Shown here piece by piece: positions 1 through 7,170 of a DNA stretch of 11,817 bases. A program made the position numbers and the translations under genes. Origin of the DNA: a bacterium. Its GTDB lineage: Bacteria > Desulfobacterota > DSWW01. Within the stretch, counting starts at the first letter, position 1, and each line of letters starts with the position of its first letter. Location of the stretch: NCBI GenBank assembly GCA_040756235.1, contig JBFLZG010000049.1, forward strand, positions 1 to 11,817, written 5' to 3'. Below the pieces are notes generated by a model, which saw only the letters and a list, made by a program, of their open reading frames with translations, did no database searches and had not been told where the DNA came from.

Positions 1-208
1 CCCGGATGAGTTACAGACCGTTGAGCCCCGGCATCTTGAAATCCGCCACCATCAGCTCGATCGACTCCGTCGTCTGCACCGACGCAACGATCCTGCGCAG
101 GGCTTCCGGTCCGTCTCTCGCCAGGGCCACGGCGTGGCCCGCGCCTGTCAGCCAGGCCTGCAGAGCGTTCCGTGTGCCGGCATCATCATCGACCACGAGG
201 ATCTTCAT
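1..208 (-). pseudogene. CheY-like receiver (REC) domain protein interrupted by an in-frame TAA at 11-13; the frame runs off the left edge of the window
   Basis: Translation MKILVVDDD...ARDGPEAL...LMVADFKMPGLNGL*LIR has the acidic pocket (VDDD) and the phosphoacceptor motif (DxxMPGxNG). The stop falls where REC domains normally read MPGxxGLELIR, and the codons after it (CTC ATC CGG) continue the consensus. A sequencing error cannot be excluded. Confidence 0.75.
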
Positions 209-296
209 CGGTACGAGTCGGGAGGGGATGCAATGCCCGGGCCCCTCTCCTCCTTACAAAGGGTTAGAGCGCAGAAAGCCGTTGTCCCATCCCGGA

Positions 297-312
297 TACA
301 GGAATCATGCCG
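297..312 (-). promoter_or_regulatory. Possible sigma-54 (-24/-12) promoter upstream of the REC gene
   Basis: Minus strand reads CGGCATGATTCCTGTA versus consensus TGGCAC-N5-TTGCW. The -24 half and spacing fit, but -12 is GT rather than GC. It lies about 90 nt upstream of the ATG at 208. Confidence 0.35.
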
Positions 313-508
313 CCGGATCCCGAATTCGGCGCCGGGGACGGAAGCAGGAATCCGGTGAGCCCGACAGGGACTTGTGGGACGGGCGCACGGGAGGAGCCGG
401 GGGCTTACGGGCGCCTGCGCGCCGGATGGACCCGGCCACAGCGCGGCGGGGAGTCAACCGCCGGGGGCTACGGCCCTTCTCGCAGATGCCAGAATGGCGC
501 CCAGCGCG

Positions 509-1903
509 TCATTTTGGCGTGCTCGGCAGCTTCTGGAATTCCTTGAGCTTTCTTTGCAGGGTGCGCAGCCCGATCCCCAGGATCTTGGCTGCCTGCGTGC
601 GGTTTCCCCCGACCAGATCCAGCACTTCCCGGATGTGCCGCATTTCCAGCTCGGCCAGCGACAGGAGCGCCGGCGTTTCTGCCGCAGCGGGCTGCATGGG
701 GGACGTGAGATGCAGCGCGGAAGTCAAACGAAGGGTCTCGCCCGTTTCCACCAGAGTTGCAGAAGCGATGATGTTTTCCAGCTCGCGGACATTCCCGGGA
801 AGGCTGTAGGCGAGCAGGCGCTCCGCGAGAGCGTCTTCCAGCAGGAGGATTTTCTTGCCGAGCCTGCCGGCGTGTTTTTCCAGGAAGTGCCGGGCAAGGG
901 GCAGGACATCCTTTCTCCTTTCTCTGAGCGCCGGGATGTGGATATGGAACATATTCAGCCGGTAGAAGAGGTCGCTGCGGAATCTCCCTCCTTTCATCTC
1001 TTCATAGAGGTCCCGATTCGACGCGGCGACGATACGCACATCCACATCACGAACCCGCGTGCTGCCCAGCCGGTAGAGCTCCCTTTCCTGGATGACCCTG
1101 AGCAGTTTCCCCTGCAGCTCGGGTTCGAGCTCGGCGACCTCGTCCAGGAACAGGGTCCCGCCCTGCGCAGCCTCGAAGAAACCCCTCCTCTCGGCCGCGG
1201 CGCCGGTGTAGGCGCCTTTCTCGTGGCCGAAAAAATCATCCTCGAACAGGGATCTGCTGAAGGCCCCCATGTTGACCGCCACGAAGGGCCCCTTCGAACG
1301 GGCGCTGAGGCGGTGCACGATACGGGCGAGCATTTCCTTGCCGGTGCCCGATTCGCCGGTCAGGATGAGGTTGTAGTCCGTGGGCGCGACCGTCTCGGCC
1401 TGGTGAAAGACCCTGGCCATGACTTCATCGGCCGCCATCATGTCCTGGAATGCAGCGGGATCCTTCAGGTCGGAAAAAGACTGCCTGCGCTCGAGCAGGG
1501 CCAGCCCCTGGCGCAGGCTGTACCGCTCCAGGGCGCGCTGCACCGTGATGATGAGCTTCTCCGGGTCGATCGGTTTCACCAGGTAGTCGTAAGCGCCGAA
1601 CCTCATGGCCTGAACGGCCGAAGAAACGTCATCCACGGCGGTGACGATGACGCACTCGACGGCCGGGCGTCTCTCCTTGATCCGGCGCAGGAGATCCATG
1701 CCGTCGCTCTGCGGCATCAGGAGGTCCAGCAGGATGGCCTGGAACGACTTCGACTCGACCAGATCGATGACCCGGCGGCCATCGGAGACCAGGGCAGGCT
1801 CGGGCATGCCGGCGGCCATCAGCATGGCCCGGAGGCTCGTCAAGGTCGCGGGGTCGTCGTCGACCACCAGCAGCGGCGTGTTTCTCTCCGGGACGGATTC
1901 CAT
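509..1903 (-). CDS. Sigma-54-dependent response regulator (NtrC/AtoC family: REC - AAA+ - Fis-type HTH), 464 aa
   Basis: REC (LLVVDDD, LLDLLMP, IVTA, LVKP), Walker A GESGTGKE, FFGHEKGAYTGA, Walker B TLFLDEV, DVRIVAASN, FRSDLFYRLN, PGNVRELEN and HTH GGNRTQAAKILGIGLRTLQRKL. Start placed at ATG 1903 (MESVPER) because GGGGGAGG lies just upstream and the longer start at 2059 would overlap the kinase gene. Confidence 0.96.
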   Translation of the reverse strand: MESVPERNTPLLVVDDDPATLTSLRAMLMAAGMPEPALVSDGRRVIDLVESKSFQAILLDLLMPQSDGMDLLRRIKERRPAVECVIVTAVDDVSSAVQAMRFGAYDYLVKPIDPEKLIITVQRALERYSLRQGLALLERRQSFSDLKDPAAFQDMMAADEVMARVFHQAETVAPTDYNLILTGESGTGKEMLARIVHRLSARSKGPFVAVNMGAFSRSLFEDDFFGHEKGAYTGAAAERRGFFEAAQGGTLFLDEVAELEPELQGKLLRVIQERELYRLGSTRVRDVDVRIVAASNRDLYEEMKGGRFRSDLFYRLNMFHIHIPALRERRKDVLPLARHFLEKHAGRLGKKILLLEDALAERLLAYSLPGNVRELENIIASATLVETGETLRLTSALHLTSPMQPAAAETPALLSLAELEMRHIREVLDLVGGNRTQAAKILGIGLRTLQRKLKEFQKLPSTPK

Positions 1904-1967
1904 GGGATTCTGCCTCCCCCTGGTTCTCGGGGGCCGCGCCGCCGGAGAGCTCCACGCTTCCGCAAGG

Positions 1968-3260
1968 TCAACGGCCTCCGCAAGACTCCTCGTGAGCCGG
2001 CGGGAACGAGACCTTGAAAACCGTGCCTCCGGGCTCTCGGCTGCGGAACTTGATTTCACCGCCCAGGGCCTGCACCAGATTCCTCACGATGGAAAGCCCC
2101 AGTCCGAGTCCTTCCTCCGAGTCTCTGCCCGTCACGAAGGGCTCATAGATTCTGTCCGCAATCGCCGGATCGATGCCACGGCCATTGTCCGAGACCGAGA
2201 GGAAGACCCTGCCGGACTCGGCCTCCGTTCCGGTCGTCACTTCGATCCTGCCGTGGCCGTGATCGATCGACCGGATGGCGTTGGTGAGCAGGTTTACCGT
2301 GATTTGCTCTACGCTCGGGAGGTCCCCGTCGATCCGGGGCAAGCGCTGCCCGAAGTCGGCGGCCACCTCGACCCCGGATTTTCTCAGCGCGGGCTGCACC
2401 AGGCGCAACGCGTTCTCCACGGCCTCGTTGATCGACAGGGGCCTTGTCGCGTTGACGTCGGACTTCCGCGCGAATTCGCGCAGGTCGGCAACGACTCCGG
2501 CCGCCCGGCTCACCGCCATGTCCATGTCGGCAAGAAGCCGCCCGAGGCTGTTCTCGAGGAAGTCGTAGGTCAGGCCTCCGTACTTCCTGCCCGGATCGAT
2601 CTTTGCCCGCTCCCGCAGCACGGGCTGGATGTCCCGCCAGACCCTCTGCAACAGACGAATGTTCAGCTTGATGAGGTTGATGGGGTTGTTGATCTCGTGG
2701 GCAACGCCGGCCACGAGAACGCCCAGGGCTCCGATCTTCTGCGCCTGGTAGAGTTGCTCCCGGCTCCGCTGCAAGGCCCTTTCCGCCTCTCTCCGCTCGA
2801 CGATCCGGGCGATGCGCTCCGCGATGGCGTTGACGAGGCTCTTTTCCTCTGCCAGAAACGGATCGGGCCCCCCGGGGCCTCGCCCCGGACAGCCGACCTC
2901 CAGCCGGCCGACCGGAACATCGCCCACGAGGATGCTGCATGCGTAGGTCTGCCCGCCCTCGCGGAAGTTCTGGCTCTGATAGCTCTTCCCTTCTATGACG
3001 ATGCGCGCGCAGGTCAGGTCCGGGAAGCGGAAGGCGGGATGAACGAGGTCCACGATGCCTTGAAAGATCTGTTCGGAGAGGGCCCCTCTTTGTTCGACAA
3101 GCTGGGAGATGGCATAGAGGCAGTCCAGCTCCTTGATTCGTTCCCTGAGTTGCTCCGCGGTGACCTTCAGCCGCTCCAGGTCTTCGGACCGATCTGCAGG
3201 GATTTCTCCGGGCTTCTGCTCAGCGGCCAAGGTGGAGTCGCCTGCGTTGTCGTCGGGCAT
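1968..3260 (-). CDS. Cytoplasmic sensor histidine kinase (NtrB-like HisKA + HATPase_c) with an N-terminal GAF-like region
   Basis: H box GVAHEINNP, N box QITVNLLTNA, G1 DNGRGI, F box IYEPFVT and G2 GLGLGLSIV. The N-terminal coiled coil LRERIKELDCLYAISQL is followed by a GAF-like segment. No obvious transmembrane helix. SD GAGGAGGT at 3269-3276. Confidence 0.95.
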   Translation of the reverse strand: MPDDNAGDSTLAAEQKPGEIPADRSEDLERLKVTAEQLRERIKELDCLYAISQLVEQRGALSEQIFQGIVDLVHPAFRFPDLTCARIVIEGKSYQSQNFREGGQTYACSILVGDVPVGRLEVGCPGRGPGGPDPFLAEEKSLVNAIAERIARIVERREAERALQRSREQLYQAQKIGALGVLVAGVAHEINNPINLIKLNIRLLQRVWRDIQPVLRERAKIDPGRKYGGLTYDFLENSLGRLLADMDMAVSRAAGVVADLREFARKSDVNATRPLSINEAVENALRLVQPALRKSGVEVAADFGQRLPRIDGDLPSVEQITVNLLTNAIRSIDHGHGRIEVTTGTEAESGRVFLSVSDNGRGIDPAIADRIYEPFVTGRDSEEGLGLGLSIVRNLVQALGGEIKFRSREPGGTVFKVSFPPAHEESCGGR

Positions 3261-3490
3261 CGCTCGCGACCTCCTCGGTTCCGACGGGCATGGCTCGAGA
3301 AGAAAAGATACCAGAGATACGAAGGAGGTGACAAACCCGGAGCGTGCGTGGTTCTCCGGCAGGACGTTTCAGAGAGTTGCCTGGGCGGGCGAAAAAGCCT
3401 GTCGGCCTCCGCGGACCCGAAAACGCCACGGACCCGGCGCAAGACCTTACTCCCGACGAACGGCAAGGAACCGGCCCCGACCCAAACTGC

Positions 3491-3499
3491 AATATATCA
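3491..3499 (-). promoter_or_regulatory. Possible extended -10 promoter for the kinase/regulator operon
   Basis: Minus strand reads TG-A-TATATT (consensus TGnTATAAT) in an AT-rich patch of the intergenic region. No recognisable -35. Confidence 0.35.
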
Positions 3500-3501
3500 G
3501 C

Positions 3502-3530
3502 TTGACAGAGGGACGCCTGAGGGCCATTAT
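3502..3530 (+). promoter_or_regulatory. Sigma-70-type promoter for the aqpZ cluster or its leader RNA
   Basis: Perfect TTGACA at 3502-3507, a 17-nt spacer and CATTAT at 3525-3530 (4/6 match to TATAAT), in an AT-rich patch of GC-rich DNA. Predicted start about 3537. Confidence 0.6.
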
Positions 3531-3538
3531 AAAAAAAC

Positions 3539-3770
3539 GTCACATCGCTGCAGGCCACGCGCTCCGCCATTCTCTCGCTCACGCCCCCGGGGATCCCACG
3601 CGCAATAGCACGGCATCCCCACTGCGACCGATGTGACCCCTGGCCCTGCAGGGACGGAGGAGCCCCTTCATGAGATGCGTCAGGTGCCCGGACGTCTGAG
3701 CGCCGGAAGCAAGAGTCCCGGACGAGAACATCGCCTGCGTCTTGCCAGCGGCGGACTCTTCGGGGGTTGG
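3539..3770 (+). other. Structured 5' leader or candidate ncRNA upstream of aqpZ (family not recognised)
   Basis: Inverted repeats: GTCACATCG 3539-3547 / CGATGTGAC 3629-3637, TGCAG 3549-3553 / CTGCG 3622-3626, GGGGAT 3589-3594 / ATCCCC 3615-3620 and AAGAGTCC 3711-3718 / GGACTCTT 3763-3770. Confidence 0.4.
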
Positions 3771-3806
3771 AACCCTGTCTGATCGAATCACGAAAGGAGG
3801 GTCATC

Positions 3807-4541
3807 ATGTCGCTGGCAAGAAGGTCGATCGCAGAGCTTGTAGGAACGTTCTGGCTCGTGTTCGGAGGGTGCGGCAGCGCCGTGCTGTCGGCGGCCTTTC
3901 CCGATCTGGGAATCGGCTTCCTGGGCGTGGCGCTGGCCTTCGGCTTGACCGTGCTCACCATGGCTTACGCCATCGGCCACATCTCGGGCTGTCATCTGAA
4001 CCCTGCCGTTTCCTTCGGCCTGTGTGCCGGGAAACGTTTTCCCGCGTCGGAGCTGGTCCCTTACATCATCGCTCAGGTTGCGGGAGCCATTCTGGCGGCT
4101 GCCGTGCTCTACCTGATCGCCGCCGGGAAGGCCGGATTCGACCTGAGCGCCGGGTTCGCTGCAAACGGCTACGCCGAACACTCGCCGGGCGGCTATGGCA
4201 TGGTGTCGTGCCTGCTCGCAGAGTTCGTGCTCACCTTCATTTTCCTCCTCGTCATACTCGGCTCCACGGACCAGCGGGCTCCCCAGGGGCTCGCGCCGAT
4301 CGCGATCGGCCTCTGCCTGACCCTGATCCATCTCATCGGGATCCCGGTCACGAACACCTCGGTGAACCCTGCACGCAGCACCGGGCCTGCACTGTTCGTC
4401 GGAGGCTGGGCTCTGGGTCAGCTCTGGCTGTTCTGGGTGGCTCCTATTCTGGGTGCCGTGGCAGCCGGCCTGTTCCATCGGGCCGTGCTCGCGGAACCCA
4501 TGCCGCAAGCCGTCCCTGTCGTTCCCGAGCGGGTTGCGTGA
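3807..4541 (+). CDS. aqpZ: Aquaporin Z (MIP family water channel)
   Basis: [32 protein letters not shown] (NPA1), [32 protein letters not shown] (NPA2) and [12 protein letters not shown] are all characteristic of AqpZ. SD AAAGGAGG at 3793-3800. Confidence 0.97.
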   Translation: MSLARRSIAELVGTFWLVFGGCGSAVLSAAFPDLGIGFLGVALAFGLTVLTMAYAIGHISGCHLNPAVSFGLCAGKRFPASELVPYIIAQVAGAILAAAVLYLIAAGKAGFDLSAGFAANGYAEHSPGGYGMVSCLLAEFVLTFIFLLVILGSTDQRAPQGLAPIAIGLCLTLIHLIGIPVTNTSVNPARSTGPALFVGGWALGQLWLFWVAPILGAVAAGLFHRAVLAEPMPQAVPVVPERVA

Positions 4542-4571
4542 CTCCGAAGCATGCAGAAAGGAGGGCTCGAG

Positions 4572-5795
4572 ATGAAGCGGAAATCTCTTGTGATGACGGT
4601 ATGCCTCTTCCTGCTCATGGGCACGGCGGGTCTCGCCGGCCACGCCGGCGCAGCCCCGTATTCCAAGGGCGCCTTCTACCTGACTCCGATGGCAGGCGGG
4701 ATTTTCTACCTGGACGAACCCGACGTCGATGACGGTATGATCGTGGGCGGCAGGATCGGCTACTTCTTCTCGGAAAGGATCAGCGTCGAAGGTGACTTCG
4801 ACTATGCCTTCTCCGAGTTCAACGGCCCTCCCCCGGCCGAGGCCTACGACGGGTTGAATGCGAACCACTACTTCGGTTTGCTGAACGGGCTTTACCATTT
4901 CAAACCCGTGCTTTCTGAGAGCCTGCGTCCTTACCTGCTTGCAGGGGTCGGCGGAGGCCACCTGGACACCGGCCGCTTTTCGGAAACGGGTTTCGCCGGC
5001 AACTACGGCGCCGGCCTGCAGTACGTGCTGTCGGACATCGTCGCCCTCCGGGGTGAGGTCCGGCACCTCCTCATGACGGATCCCTCGGAAAGCAACGTGA
5101 TCGTATCCCTCGGCCTTGCCATGACGTTCGGTGGCGAGGAGCCTGCTGCGCCTGCGCCGCCTCCTCCGCCTGCCGCGCCTGCCGACTCGGACGGCGACGG
5201 TGTCGTGGATGCGAGCGACGCATGCCCGGACACACCCCGGGGCTGCGTCGTGGACGAGCGCGGCTGCCATCTGGACAGCGACGGGGACGGAGTCTGCGAC
5301 GGCGTCGACCAGTGCCCGGACACGCCCAAGGGGTGCATCGTGGACGCGCGCGGCTGCCCTCTGGACGGCGACGGGGACGGAGTCTGCGACGGCATCGACC
5401 AGTGCCCCGACACGCCCAAGGGAGCGAAGGTGGACGAGAAGGGCTGCTCCTTCAGGGGCGGTGTGCTCGAAGGCATCAACTTCGAGTTCGACAAGGCCAC
5501 GATCCTGCCCGACTCCTATCCCGTGCTGGACGATGCGGCGCTGTTCCTCAAGAGCAACCCCAACACCGTCGTGGAGATCGGCGGCCACACCGACTCGAAG
5601 GGCAAGGCTGCCTACAACCAGAAGCTCTCCGAGAGGAGAGCCGAGGCCGTGCGGCAGTATCTCATCTCCAAGGGCGTCCCCGCCTCTCAGATGACCTCCA
5701 AGGGTTACGGATTGACCAAACCCATTGCAGACAACGCGACGGATGCGGGACGAGCCAAGAACCGCCGGATCGAGTTCACCATCCTCTCCCAGTAG
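4572..5795 (+). CDS. OmpA/OprF-like outer membrane protein: signal peptide, beta-barrel, Pro-rich linker, three TSP3-like repeats and an OmpA C-terminal peptidoglycan-binding domain
   Basis: Signal peptide MKRKSLVMTVCLFLLMGTAGLAGHAGA, barrel strands (RPYLLAGVG, NYGAGLQY, VALRGEVR), linker APAPPPPPAAP, DxDGDGV repeats, and INFEFDKATI, VEIGGHTDSKG, YNQKLSERRAEAV, GRAKNRRIEF. Start moved to ATG 4572 because AAAGGAGG lies just upstream. Confidence 0.94.
   Translation: MKRKSLVMTVCLFLLMGTAGLAGHAGAAPYSKGAFYLTPMAGGIFYLDEPDVDDGMIVGGRIGYFFSERISVEGDFDYAFSEFNGPPPAEAYDGLNANHYFGLLNGLYHFKPVLSESLRPYLLAGVGGGHLDTGRFSETGFAGNYGAGLQYVLSDIVALRGEVRHLLMTDPSESNVIVSLGLAMTFGGEEPAAPAPPPPPAAPADSDGDGVVDASDACPDTPRGCVVDERGCHLDSDGDGVCDGVDQCPDTPKGCIVDARGCPLDGDGDGVCDGIDQCPDTPKGAKVDEKGCSFRGGVLEGINFEFDKATILPDSYPVLDDAALFLKSNPNTVVEIGGHTDSKGKAAYNQKLSERRAEAVRQYLISKGVPASQMTSKGYGLTKPIADNATDAGRAKNRRIEFTILSQ
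5184..5447 (+). repeat. Three tandem 90-bp (30-aa) TSP3-like repeats inside the OmpA gene
   Basis: Units start at 5184, 5274 and 5364: DSDGDGVVDASDACPDTPRGCVVDERGCHL, DSDGDGVCDGVDQCPDTPKGCIVDARGCPL and DGDGDGVCDGIDQCPDTPKGAKVDEKGC. Confidence 0.92.
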
Positions 5796-5803
5796 CCCCT
5801 GAC

Positions 5804-5847
5804 CGCCTCACCTCGGCCCTGCGCCCCCATCGGGCCGGGGTGAGGCG
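5804..5847 (+). terminator. Strong GC-rich hairpin just after the ompA stop (terminator-like or mRNA-stabilising; no U tract)
   Basis: CGCCTCACCTCGGCCC (5804-5819) pairs with GGGCCGGGGTGAGGCG (5832-5847): 16 bp with one G-U pair and a 12-nt loop. Confidence 0.55.
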
Positions 5848-5985
5848 CAGCGACGGATTTGCAGGAATCATCCGGGCGGATCGATCACGGGAGTCGGCAC
5901 GGTTGATTCTGACAACGGATTCCGGTTGCTTCCCCTCATCGGCACGATGGCCTGCGCTGGCCTGGACTCACCGGAGGACCGTGCA

Positions 5986-7077
5986 ATGAGAAGACGGATT
6001 GCGCACCTTTTTTCCGGACCCCGAGGCGTACTGCCGGATTTGCGGACACTCAAGAGCAGGAGAGCGCTCCGGGCCGCCTGGGCCGCAGGCGCCCTCCTCG
6101 TTCTCACTTCACCGGCCCGGGCGGACGAGGTCCTCTTTGCCAACGGCGACCGCATCACCGGCAAGGTGATCGGCCTTGCGGACGGAAAGCTCACGATGGA
6201 GACTCCTTACGCCAAGTCGCTGGAGCTCGACTGGGCGTCTGTCACAGGTTTGCGGCTGGATGGGGTCTCGCAAATCGTTCTGACCGACGGAACCCGCCTG
6301 CAGGGGACCACGGAAATCACTCCCGCGGGCGGCATGAGCGTGGTCACCGACTCTGCCGGGGCCGTGAACATTCGGGACTTCTCCCTCGTCAGCGCCATCA
6401 ATCCGCCGGAGGTGAAGGCCGTGACCTATACGGGAAACGCTCAGGCAGCCGCTGCCCTGACCTCCGGCAACTCGGAGACCCTCAACGCCAACCTGTCGGC
6501 GCAGTTCGTGGCCCGCAGCGAGAGACAGAGGCTGACCCTGCGCGGTCTCTATCACTACGGCGAGGACCGGGACCGCATCTCGGCGCGGGAAGCGAGCGGG
6601 TCGGTCAAGTACGATTTCTTCGTCACCCGCAAGCTCTACACCTTCGTCAACACGCTTCTGGAGCACAACAAGTTCCAGGACCTGAACCTCCGCACCACGG
6701 TGGGCGGGGGGCTCGGCTATCAATTCCTCGAGGATGCCCGCAAGACTCTCGGCTTCGAGCTCGGCGTGTCTTACTTCAACGAGGACTTCGCGGTGAACCC
6801 GGACGACGCGTACGCGGCTGGACGATGGTCCGTGAACGCCACATACGAGCTGCTCCCCGAAAGGATCTCCCTCTTTCACTTCCACGAGGGGTACTTCGGG
6901 TTCGAGGACCTGAGCGATCTCTATCTGCGCAGCGAGCAGGGCGTACGGTTTACGCTGATTCAAGACTTCTACACGACTTTTCAGGCCAACGTGAACTACG
7001 ACAACACGCCGCCCGACGGGTTCGAGAAGACCGACACGACCCTGCTTTTCGGACTGGGCTACGCGTTTGACCTGTAA
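5986..7077 (+). CDS. DUF481 / YdiY-like (putative salt-induced) outer membrane beta-barrel protein with an extra N-terminal domain
   Basis: Signal-like segment ending ARA|DEV, N-terminal DEVLFANGDRITG..KLTMETPYA, barrel motifs SGNSET, KYDFF, FQDLNLRTTVGGGLGYQF and NYDNTPP, and a C-terminal GLGYAFDL. ATG 5986 follows GGAGGA at 5973-5978. The exact start is uncertain. Confidence 0.85.
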   Translation: MRRRIAHLFSGPRGVLPDLRTLKSRRALRAAWAAGALLVLTSPARADEVLFANGDRITGKVIGLADGKLTMETPYAKSLELDWASVTGLRLDGVSQIVLTDGTRLQGTTEITPAGGMSVVTDSAGAVNIRDFSLVSAINPPEVKAVTYTGNAQAAAALTSGNSETLNANLSAQFVARSERQRLTLRGLYHYGEDRDRISAREASGSVKYDFFVTRKLYTFVNTLLEHNKFQDLNLRTTVGGGLGYQFLEDARKTLGFELGVSYFNEDFAVNPDDAYAAGRWSVNATYELLPERISLFHFHEGYFGFEDLSDLYLRSEQGVRFTLIQDFYTTFQANVNYDNTPPDGFEKTDTTLLFGLGYAFDL

Positions 7078-7170
7078 GGGCGGGCGCCATTCCCTTGAGG
7101 GCGGATGCGGCGGTCGGTCACTCGACCGTGCACCGATTCCATCGATTGCCAAGCGAGAGGAGGGGTCACC

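Noticed and set aside
1904..2059. N-terminal extension of the response regulator given in the ORF track
   Set aside because: It overlaps the kinase 3' end and looks non-coding in composition. A good SD precedes ATG 1903.
3487..3503. Minus-strand AAGCTGATATATTGCA as a sigma-54 promoter
   Set aside because: The -12 element (TTGCA) is good, but the -24 position is AG rather than the invariant GG.
374..3608. Long plus-strand ORFs 374..2017 (547 aa) and 1641..3608 (655 aa), and also 6..809
   Set aside because: They lie antisense to the well-supported regulator and kinase genes and have no recognisable motifs. Such shadow ORFs are expected in high-GC DNA.
3679..3712. GTCAGGT...CCGGAAGCA resembling the SRP (4.5S) RNA domain IV
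   Set aside because: Spacing and sequence do not fit the conserved CAGG-CC-GNRA-GG-AGCA helix.
3733..3747. Minus-strand TGGCAAGACGCAGGC with GG-N10-GC spacing
   Set aside because: It lacks the TT before GC, lies about 470 nt from the kinase start, and is plausible by chance at this GC content.
3670..3843. Selenocysteine or read-through of the uORF TGA into a longer protein or an aqpZ fusion
   Set aside because: The read-through frame is out of frame with aqpZ, ends soon at a TAG inside aqpZ, and resembles no protein I recognise.
5184..5447. Regularly spaced repeats as a possible CRISPR array
   Set aside because: They are in-frame 90-bp coding repeats with codon-level divergence, no unique spacers and no cas genes.
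5894..5956. Two CGGCACG motifs upstream of the DUF481 gene as sigma-54 promoters
   Set aside because: The first has TC at -12 and the second has GG-N11-GC spacing. Neither meets the strict GG-N10-GC rule.
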